In this document: positions 19,776-27,628 of the stretch, one piece after another | How the letters are laid out: each line of letters opens with the position of its first letter | Numbering within the stretch: the stretch's first letter is position 1 | Source: Caldisphaera sp. | Lineage (GTDB): Archaea; Thermoproteota; Thermoprotei_A; Sulfolobales; Acidilobaceae | NCBI GenBank assembly: GCA_049971805.1 | Contig: JBMFKU010000011.1 | Location: 1 to 41,918, forward strand | Reading direction: 5' to 3' | DNA length: 41,918 bases | Notes under the pieces: model-generated | What the model was told of the DNA's origin: nothing | Databases searched by the model: none | The model's input: only the letters and a program-made list of their open reading frames with translations | Program-made: the position numbers and the translations under genes

Positions 19776-19845
19776 TTTATTTTTGATTTTTTATCCTATT
19801 TTCACCCTCTCTCTATAAGATTTTTTTAATATAAGGGGTGAAAAC

Positions 19846-20085
19846 TTGGATATTATAACGTTTGTTCAGCAGGTAACGGAAAGAGTTACTGCATTGGCAT
19901 GGGCTCTATTTTTATTAACATGGAGCATTGGTTGGACTTTAAGAGGTGCCCCGTTACCTATTAATAGGCTTAAAAGAGTTGGTTCAGGGCTAATTGAGGA
20001 CTCAATATGGGCAGCTTTTTGGCTCGCAATAGGTTCTTCCCTGTTTAGCTTCATTGTTTATATCGTTAATTTAATAGCTGGGTAA
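19846..20085 (+). CDS. cedA1: Ced DNA-import small membrane protein / pilin CedA1
   Basis: 79 aa with two hydrophobic helices and the WSIGWTLRGAPLP...G..LIEDSIWAAFWLA motif. GGGGTGA RBS; directly upstream of cedA and cedB. Confidence 0.85.
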   Translation: MDIITFVQQVTERVTALAWALFLLTWSIGWTLRGAPLPINRLKRVGSGLIEDSIWAAFWLAIGSSLFSFIVYIVNLIAG

Positions 20086-20089
20086 TAGC

Positions 20090-21484
20090 ATGAATAGCAA
20101 TTTTTATTATATATTAGCAATAAATTTGTCATTGCTAACTTTTTATATAGGGGCATTGATATATGCACTTCCCATACCTGATAAATATTTTAAAAGATTT
20201 GGACCACAGCTAATAAAGGATTCGATACTTTCTTTTATAATAATATTATCAATATCGTTTATATATAGTTATTTAGATAATTTAGCATTATCTTTAGGAG
20301 GATCATGGCAGTACTTCAACCTATGGTTTGCAAACTCATTAAGCTTTGGGATATCGATTAAAGAAATTGTCTTAGTATTTTCATCTCTTTTTTCCCAAAT
20401 ACCTTTGGTGTCTCAAGTAAGATCATTGCTATCTCCTATAAATGATGCATTAAATGCTCAAATAATTTTTCTAGCGGCAATTTATGCGATCTATTATATG
20501 GTTAAGATAATGGGTAATTTTATCCTGTTAATTGGCCTTGTCCTATATTCAATACCTTTTAGGTTATCAAGAGATGCTGGTGCATGGTTTATTTCATTTA
20601 TTTTAGTGTTTAGCATTGGTCTCCAGGTAATGCCAGTTTTTTTGGTGAATTTTGCTCAATCGTCAAACAGCTATACTAATAATCAAGGTATTGATATGGG
20701 GTTGACATATGTTAATGCAAGAGTTTTAGATGAAAATAATGAACCAATACCCGGTTCTTTAATTTATGTTTATGTAAATCAAAACAATTCATTAAATCAA
20801 ATAGCATTATATAAAACAAATGACTTAGGAATAGTATATAGCCCTGACTATAACTATGATAGTTTAATCTCATTACCTAGCCAGGTCAGCTCATATATTT
20901 GGGGGGAAGAGGATGGTGTTGCATATAAGTTATTCCCTTATCCTCTAGATTCTTCAGACATAAGTTTTAATGGAACTATCAATCAGGTAACCCTCTATGC
21001 ACCAAATATTTTGTATGTAAATAAATATTATACAATTGTCTTCACTAATGGGAATTCATTTAAATTAAACCAGATTGGAAATAAGATTTTAATATATGGG
21101 AATTCATCAAATTATGTTGAAATAAGGTTTTTAAAAGGTTGTATAGCCAATCTATCTTATGTAAATGCTACCCTAACAAGATCAAGCTGGTCTTGGGAAA
21201 AATTAAACGGTCTGTCATACAGATTTGTTCCTTTAGAAAACGAAAATGCCTTAATAACATTTCAATTGAATTTATGCAAATCTGAGAATTTAAGCGCAAA
21301 ATATGATGACTATGCCATGAATTATTTATCATTAAACAACCTTTTATCACCTTCTTTAATAGAGAATATAATACTATATTATTTAACAGTTCCTTTAATC
21401 TATTTTTCATTGCTAGTATCTATAACATACGGTTTATCAAGGCTACTGGGAGGTAGGAGAGGTATAATACCAAGAGTGATATAA
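20090..21484 (+). CDS. cedA: Ced DNA-import membrane protein CedA (VirB6-like) with a large inserted extracellular domain
   Basis: G.LIYALPIP...G..LI.D, YSIPFRL.R..GA and C-terminal TM ending GLSRLLGG. Polar beta-rich insert at about aa 190-425. Confidence 0.82.
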   Translation: MNSNFYYILAINLSLLTFYIGALIYALPIPDKYFKRFGPQLIKDSILSFIIILSISFIYSYLDNLALSLGGSWQYFNLWFANSLSFGISIKEIVLVFSSLFSQIPLVSQVRSLLSPINDALNAQIIFLAAIYAIYYMVKIMGNFILLIGLVLYSIPFRLSRDAGAWFISFILVFSIGLQVMPVFLVNFAQSSNSYTNNQGIDMGLTYVNARVLDENNEPIPGSLIYVYVNQNNSLNQIALYKTNDLGIVYSPDYNYDSLISLPSQVSSYIWGEEDGVAYKLFPYPLDSSDISFNGTINQVTLYAPNILYVNKYYTIVFTNGNSFKLNQIGNKILIYGNSSNYVEIRFLKGCIANLSYVNATLTRSSWSWEKLNGLSYRFVPLENENALITFQLNLCKSENLSAKYDDYAMNYLSLNNLLSPSLIENIILYYLTVPLIYFSLLVSITYGLSRLLGGRRGIIPRVI

Positions 21485-22986
21485 TGATTTTCTCATTCAC
21501 ATTATTTGACATAATAATAGGGATTGTTGCCCTAATATCTCTTTTCTTAATTATAAAAAATATGAAGGTGAGGAATGAATTTTATATACCTATTAAATTT
21601 AGACCAAAAATCAGTGAAAATAAAAAGTTTTTCGAATTAAGTTTTAATGGTAAAAAATATTTGGGAATTACATATATTTCAGAAAACCTACCGAGAGGTG
21701 GTGATGATCTACCAAAAAGAATTATAAGGCTTGCAAAGTCAAGCAGGTTAAGCGTTTCATTTATTTCAAACATGTATAATGTAAACAAGAGCACACTTTT
21801 AAAGCTAATAGATGAGGAGATGAAGAAGGCTGATCTATCATTATCATCAACAGGTCAGATAAAATTTAGGGAAAGGCTAAAGTATTTGGAGGAATTATAC
21901 AAAGAGGTTGCAAGGATTGGGGTTCCATACATTGGAAACTTTGGTTTCATAGTTTGGATAGATCAAAACGACAGGGATTCTGAGCTGTCTGCAGAGGCAT
22001 TTAGGAGTTTAGTTGAGGCTGAGTCCCAGATAAAGACTAAAAGAATTAATGCAGATGAAATAGATGAAATGCTTTCAATAAATAACCCCATAAGTATTGT
22101 TAATGATGAGAATTCAATTTTAGTTACATCAGCAGACGATTTGGGAGAATATGAAGGTATAATAATTGGGGAAGAAGAAAATGATCCAGGCAAAATTGTT
22201 ATAATTTCATATCCTGAAAATCTTAAGCATCATATGGGTATCTTTGGTCCAACAGGTAGGGGTAAAACAGTTTTGCTTTCTGGTATAGCATCTCAGCTTT
22301 CGTTGCTTTCATCAGTTACCAAAAGTCCAGATTCAATTATTGTTTTAGACCCGAAGGGTGATATAAGCGATTTGCTAAAAAGGGTCTCAGATAACTATAT
22401 TGAGCCGGGATTAAACGATTGTATTCCATTTTCAAGGATAGAGGGTTTAGCAAATAAACTAATAGAGAGTAGCTATTTAACTGGAGATGGATTTAAAATA
22501 AAGATTTGTGAAGGACAAATAAATTATAAGGGTTTAACAGTTTATAACTTGTCAAGGATGCCTAACGAGGCAAGAAATGTTTATGGCTCCCTAATAATTT
22601 CATCTCTCGCCTTAGATGCAAGCGAAAACAAGTTAAATGGGATAAAGGTTTTGATTTTAGATGAGGCATGGAGATTCGTAAAAAATTCTCAAACACATCT
22701 AGAGTTCGCATTAAGAGAAGGCAGAAGCAAGGGGCTTTATTTAATATATGCAACACAATTGCCAAGTGATGTGGGTAAAGAAGTAATAGATAACACAGGT
22801 ACAAAGGCAGTATTTGGGGGGTTTACAAAATATTATGCTGAACTTGCTTCACAGCTAGGCATTTCAGATTCAGAGCAAGTAAAGACATTGCCAATAGGGT
22901 ATATTTTATTAAAAATTGAAAACAATAAAGAAAAAAGCGTAAAGGTTTTAGACTTCAGCAAATTGCTTTTAAATAGAAGAAGATAA
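21484..22986 (+). CDS. cedB: Membrane-anchored HerA/VirB4-like ATPase CedB
   Basis: N-terminal TM helix, Walker A GPTGRGKT, LDPKGD, Walker B LILDEAW, REGRSKG and ATQ. The start overlaps the cedA stop. Confidence 0.82.
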   Translation: MIFSFTLFDIIIGIVALISLFLIIKNMKVRNEFYIPIKFRPKISENKKFFELSFNGKKYLGITYISENLPRGGDDLPKRIIRLAKSSRLSVSFISNMYNVNKSTLLKLIDEEMKKADLSLSSTGQIKFRERLKYLEELYKEVARIGVPYIGNFGFIVWIDQNDRDSELSAEAFRSLVEAESQIKTKRINADEIDEMLSINNPISIVNDENSILVTSADDLGEYEGIIIGEEENDPGKIVIISYPENLKHHMGIFGPTGRGKTVLLSGIASQLSLLSSVTKSPDSIIVLDPKGDISDLLKRVSDNYIEPGLNDCIPFSRIEGLANKLIESSYLTGDGFKIKICEGQINYKGLTVYNLSRMPNEARNVYGSLIISSLALDASENKLNGIKVLILDEAWRFVKNSQTHLEFALREGRSKGLYLIYATQLPSDVGKEVIDNTGTKAVFGGFTKYYAELASQLGISDSEQVKTLPIGYILLKIENNKEKSVKVLDFSKLLLNRRR

Positions 22987-23034
22987 AAATAAGAGAGGAT
23001 AGATAAAGAGAGGGAAAAAAGAGAGTGATCAAGT

Positions 23035-23750
23035 ATGGGTAAGAGCTTAAGACAACAAAGAGCAGGCAGAGGTAGTCCAACATTTAGAAATCCTGGGCAC
23101 TTGCATGTTTCACCAGCAAAATATCCGGATATAATTGAAAGTACTGAAATTGGGAAAGTAAAGGAGCTAATCCACGACCCAGGAAGATATGTACCGTTAG
23201 CCCATGTTGTTACGGAGTCAGGAAGAGATTTTTACATACCTGCTGCTGAAGGTGTTTATGTGGGTAAAAAGATAGAGATAGGAAAAGATGCTTCTCCAGG
23301 CTTTGGAAATATACTGCCTCTATCGAAGATACCTGAAGGTACCTTAATTTTTAATGTTGAACTGAGACCGGGAGATGGAGGTAGGTTAGCAAGGCAGGCC
23401 GGTAGCTATGCATTGGTATTGGGGAAGAGCGGGGATAAAATAAGGATTAGATTGCCAAGTAAGGTAGAAAAGGATTTGGAAGGCAATTGCAGGGCAACAA
23501 TAGGAATTCCAGCAGGTTCTGGCAGGACTGAAAAGCCTATATTAAAAGCTGGTGTAACTTATTATAAATATAAAGCAAAGGCAACTAAGTTTCCAAAGGT
23601 AAGGGGGGTTGCTATGAATGTTGTATCTCATCCATTTGGTGGTGGATTCCATCAACATGAGGGTAGACCCACAACAATTGCAAGAAACACTCCTCCAGGA
23701 AGAAAGGTAGGGCATATAGCTGCGAGGAGAACAGGGAGAAGGAAAAAGTG
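23035..23750 (+). CDS. rpl2: 50S ribosomal protein L2 (uL2)
   Basis: MGKSLRQQRAGRG, IHDPGR, VRGVAMN..SHPFGGG and HIAARRTG. Confidence 0.97.
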
Positions 23751-23984
23751 ACGAATTTCTCTGCTTTACATTTAGATCAAAAATTGTTTTCTTGAAATCT
23801 ACAATTAATAGATATTTGAAATTTAATATGGGGGAATTTTTTGTGAACTAACATTATTATGTTGATTAATAATTTATAATGATAATCTTCCAAACCTTTC
23901 TAATTCATAAAGATAATTATTATTTGACATTTGAAAATAAATTTTTGGTATATTATAAAACACTAGATTCGATTTGTAACTTGA

Positions 23985-24112
23985 TAGAGGCCTACTTCAT
24001 ATCACTTCCCTGTGAAGAATACCCTTGATGGCTATTCATATCTAATTATTTAAAAAACTAACCTTAAAAGCATTACCCCCTAGAAGGGTGAGGCTTGTCA
24101 TTTCTTAAGTCA
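23985..24112 (-). mobile_element. IS200/IS605-family left-end relic with a truncated tnpB start
   Basis: Minus strand reads TGAC-ttaagaaa-tgacaagcctcacccttctagggggtaa (degenerate subterminal hairpin), then atgaatagcc...cagggaagtgatATGAAGTAG, resembling the leader of crenarchaeal tnpB elements as recalled. Confidence 0.55.
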
Positions 24113-25495
24113 AATAATTTTGGCAATTTTTATCATTTTTTCTATAACTTCTCTAGGAATTTTTCCAAATATTAATGCACCTGGCTCTTTCCCAAAATCT
24201 CCATAATCTATTATTATATCAATAGGTTTGTTCTTGTCTTTAACTGCAAAAGAAATCCCCCACTGCATAGAACTACCTTCTTTTTCTTTTACATCCTTAG
24301 GCTCATATTTTCTATCATAGTATGAATAGGAAAATCCTATATCTTCAATGGCTTTTTTAATTTTTTCATTATAGGCTATATTAGCAGAAGACCTGTATTC
24401 AGGGTAATAATCCATGTACTTTAATAATGCTCTTGCAACATGATCGCTAGCCCCAAATTCTGGATCTCTCGAAAAAACTAATTTGTTCCTATAATATCTA
24501 ATCCTCCCGGGTATTGCTATTACATCTTCTACACCTTTTGCATAAGGCTTTGGTAAAGCCATGGCTATATTTGTTGAAACTTCAGGAATTAATTTAGATA
24601 TAATCTCCTGATTTTCTTCAATTAGATTTATTGCCTTTTTCATCTCTAAATATGCTAAATATTTTTGATATGGTATATCAATATATGCCATAGGGTTAAC
24701 AGGGCCATGACCCTTTCCTATTTTAAGTCCATAATATATTGCATCATTTATTAGCATCTTAGCTATCCTGACTGATTCGATTATATCATAGCCTTTAGCC
24801 AAATTTGCGGCAATGCCTGCTGAAAATGAGCAACCAGTTCCATGATCTGTTTTTGTATTAATTCTTTTCGATGAAAATTCCTTAAATTCCCCTTTATAAT
24901 ATAGGATGTCAATAGATTCATCACCTCCCATATGGCCTCCTTTTATTATCGCTGCTTCTGCCCCGAGATTTTCAACAATATATTTAGAGGCCTTTTTTGC
25001 TTCTTCAATGTTATTAATTTTTAAGTTTGTAATTTTTTCTGCCTCAGGTACATTTGGAGTAACAACGGTTGCCCTCGGCAACAGTTCTTTTATTAAAATT
25101 TTTATTGCATCTTCTCTTAATAGAGGTGCAAGGCTCTTGGATACCATAACTGGATCTACTACCAATGGAAATTCATATTTTTTTAATGTGCTTGAAACCT
25201 CTTTAACTATCTCTGCACTGCTTAACATACCAGTCTTTGCTGCATCAATACCAAAATCGTTATATACAGCTTCAATTTGTTTTCTAACCATTTCAGGAGA
25301 AACATCGTAAATACCTGTTACCTCATATGTGTTCTGTGCTGTAACGCTTGTAATAGCAAGCATGCCATGAACACCCATTGCTGCAAATGTCTTTAGATCG
25401 GCAGCTATTCCAGCACCTCCACCGCTATCGCTTCCAGCTATTGTTAATGCAGTATGTATTGTCTTATTTTCCTCCTTTATTTTATCAATGCTCAT
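24110..25495 (-). CDS. thiDN: Bifunctional HMP/HMP-P kinase and ThiN thiamine-phosphate synthase
   Basis: TIAGSDSGGGAGIAADLKT, DPVM, KGGH and HGTGC; ThiN domain with IPEV.TN, FGASDH and DFGKEP. Confidence 0.93.
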   Translation of the reverse strand: MSIDKIKEENKTIHTALTIAGSDSGGGAGIAADLKTFAAMGVHGMLAITSVTAQNTYEVTGIYDVSPEMVRKQIEAVYNDFGIDAAKTGMLSSAEIVKEVSSTLKKYEFPLVVDPVMVSKSLAPLLREDAIKILIKELLPRATVVTPNVPEAEKITNLKINNIEEAKKASKYIVENLGAEAAIIKGGHMGGDESIDILYYKGEFKEFSSKRINTKTDHGTGCSFSAGIAANLAKGYDIIESVRIAKMLINDAIYYGLKIGKGHGPVNPMAYIDIPYQKYLAYLEMKKAINLIEENQEIISKLIPEVSTNIAMALPKPYAKGVEDVIAIPGRIRYYRNKLVFSRDPEFGASDHVARALLKYMDYYPEYRSSANIAYNEKIKKAIEDIGFSYSYYDRKYEPKDVKEKEGSSMQWGISFAVKDKNKPIDIIIDYGDFGKEPGALIFGKIPREVIEKMIKIAKII

Positions 25496-26570
25496 TTTTA
25501 TTTTCCCTCAGTAACTCTATTGTTTTGAAGAAAACCGGCCAAAAATCATCTTTTTCAGGCTGTCTTATTATTTCCTCCTTATCATTATCTATTAGATAGA
25601 CCCCCTTACCTTCAGTTGCTTCACCTATTATGGCTGCATCAATCCCTTTTTGATTTAATATACTTAATGCCTCTCTTTCTTTATTTTTGTCTATTGCAGC
25701 GATTAATGTACCTTCGCTTATAGATGAAAATGGGTCGATTTTTAAATTTGTAAAGGAAGAGAATGATTTTAAAACCTTCGATACATCATCCCTTATAAAA
25801 AGCTTTTCCTTATAAACCCTTATCCCGACATTACTCGCCTCTGCAATATCGTTTAATGCCCCCCACAAACCATACTCTGTTGCATCGTGCATTGCTTTAA
25901 CACCTTTTCTCAATCCTAATTTAGATAGAGTCAAGGCATCATCAACAACTGATTGGAGCCAAAAAATTTTCTGAGCATTTAATGAAAATTCCTTGCCATA
26001 ATCCTTTTCCAATATTTGGGGGAATAAGGAAGATAGTATGCCAGCTGTTTCTATGGCAGGCCCCTTTGTCATTAATATTAAATCTCCTGGGGAAGCCATT
26101 GTTGGAGAAACAAAGTTGTCTCTATCTGTTATTGCTATCATTGTAGCACCACCAATCATGGGATAGTCAATACCATCATATCTTCCAGTATGGCCTGAAG
26201 CTATAGATATACCCAAATTCTCGCATTCTTTATGCATATTAATCCACATTTTTTTAAACTCGTCATCTTTCATCTTCATAGGCAAGTTTAAATCTATAAA
26301 CAAATATCTAGGAGGTATTCCAGAAACAGATACATCACTTGCTAATATATGGATTGCAAACCATGAGCTCTTTTCCCAACCATACTCTGGTACTATATAA
26401 ACAGGATCTACTTCTATAATCATATCTTTATCACCTATGTTTATTACGCCAAAATCAACTCCGAATTGTGGGCCAACTTTTACTGAGTCGTCTTTTTTAC
26501 CTAGATTGGGATATATAACTTCTTCAAAGAGCTTTCTGTTAACCTTTCCTATAACTATTTCTGAACTCAT
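25485..26570 (-). CDS. AIR synthase (PurM/HypE/ThiL) superfamily protein
   Basis: VGPQFGVD, ASDV, SGHTG and MHDATEYGL. Confidence 0.85.
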   Translation of the reverse strand: MSSEIVIGKVNRKLFEEVIYPNLGKKDDSVKVGPQFGVDFGVINIGDKDMIIEVDPVYIVPEYGWEKSSWFAIHILASDVSVSGIPPRYLFIDLNLPMKMKDDEFKKMWINMHKECENLGISIASGHTGRYDGIDYPMIGGATMIAITDRDNFVSPTMASPGDLILMTKGPAIETAGILSSLFPQILEKDYGKEFSLNAQKIFWLQSVVDDALTLSKLGLRKGVKAMHDATEYGLWGALNDIAEASNVGIRVYKEKLFIRDDVSKVLKSFSSFTNLKIDPFSSISEGTLIAAIDKNKEREALSILNQKGIDAAIIGEATEGKGVYLIDNDKEEIIRQPEKDDFWPVFFKTIELLRENKNEH

Positions 26571-26878
26571 GTTATTACCCCTTTTAGTAGTAATAAGGAA
26601 GGGATAAATAGTTTTTTATATTTTATTCTAAGGGATCGTAATTCTTAAACTTTATATGAAAAACAATTACGACTCCATGGTGCACAGCTAAATATATTTT
26701 TTATGCATAAGAACAAACTCGTATAGAGGAATTGCGTTATGCCTATTATCTAAGATCGACATGATGGATTTAATACTTGGAAGAGCTTAAACCATTTAAT
26801 TAACGCATAACAAGCAAATTCTTATATGAAAACCATCAGATTAACATTATTCTGTTTTATTTATATTTTTTCTTTATT

Positions 26879-27370
26879 TTACCTTGAATATTTTCCCATT
26901 AAAACTGCATAACCGATAACTTTTCCTTTCATTGAATTTAGCAGTTTTTCAGCATTTGCCTCCCCCTTAATATTTAGGCTCTCGACATTTAATGCATGCA
27001 AGGCAAAGTAGTATCTATGAAATCCGTGTCCCCTTGGTGGACAGGGCCCTCCATAACCAATCTCTCCAAAATCGTTTCTTCCCTGTTTCCCTATTTCTTC
27101 AATAAATTCTTTTTTCGGTACTGCTTCATATAAGCGATTTAAATTACCCTTTATATTATAGATGACCCAGTGAATAAATGTTCCCATAGGTGCATCAGGA
27201 TCATATAAAATAAGGGCATAGCTTTTTGCATCAGGTGAATCGCTCCATCTCAATTCCGGGCTTATATTATCTGCATCGCAAGTAAACCTCTTAGGTATTA
27301 TGCTTCCATTTTCAAAGGAAGAATTTAAAATAAATTGCTTCCCCTCCCTTAATATGTATTCTTTAGCCAT
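26879..27370 (-). CDS. YbhB/YbcL family PEBP-like protein
   Basis: SPEL.W, DPDAP..F.HW and YGGPCPP.GHG.HRY. Confidence 0.93.
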   Translation of the reverse strand: MAKEYILREGKQFILNSSFENGSIIPKRFTCDADNISPELRWSDSPDAKSYALILYDPDAPMGTFIHWVIYNIKGNLNRLYEAVPKKEFIEEIGKQGRNDFGEIGYGGPCPPRGHGFHRYYFALHALNVESLNIKGEANAEKLLNSMKGKVIGYAVLMGKYSR

Positions 27371-27480
27371 CCCCCTCCCCTTTTAACTAGTTGCTTTTCA
27401 AAAATATAAATCTGTTTAATAGTTTTTTCAAAAAAGGAGTAGAAAAAGAATTTGATTAAATTTCATATTCTTTTTATAAG

Positions 27481-27536
27481 ATGGTCAGTTGAGACAGGTT
27501 ACATCATAGATCAGACCCGTGGCGTCTTCATTCCAT
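27481..27536 (-). ncRNA. Double-guide C/D box sRNA (2'-O-methylation guide)
   Basis: AUGG-A-AUGAAGA (C)-CGCCACGGGU-CUGA (D')-UCU-AUGAUGU (C')-AACCUGUCUCAA-CUGA (D)-CCAU, with a 4-bp terminal stem, in an otherwise AT-rich intergenic region. Confidence 0.9.
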
Positions 27537-27628
27537 AAATTTAATTGTTTGTTAAAATTAAAAGCTTTTCAAAGAGAAAATTTAAAAGGTTTATTACCAA
27601 TAATTAATTGAGCTTGAGGGAGAAAATT

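Noticed and set aside
26575-26875. TPP riboswitch upstream of the thiDN operon
   Set aside because: No CUGAGA or other aptamer core and no convincing stems on the minus strand.
27481-27628. glmS ribozyme upstream of glmS
   Set aside because: The consensus is absent; the GC-rich patch is explained by the antisense C/D box sRNA.
27608-27628. ORF-track N-terminal extension of GlmS
   Set aside because: The Ntn glutaminase needs Cys at position 2; TTG at 27629 after a GAGGGAG RBS is the better start.
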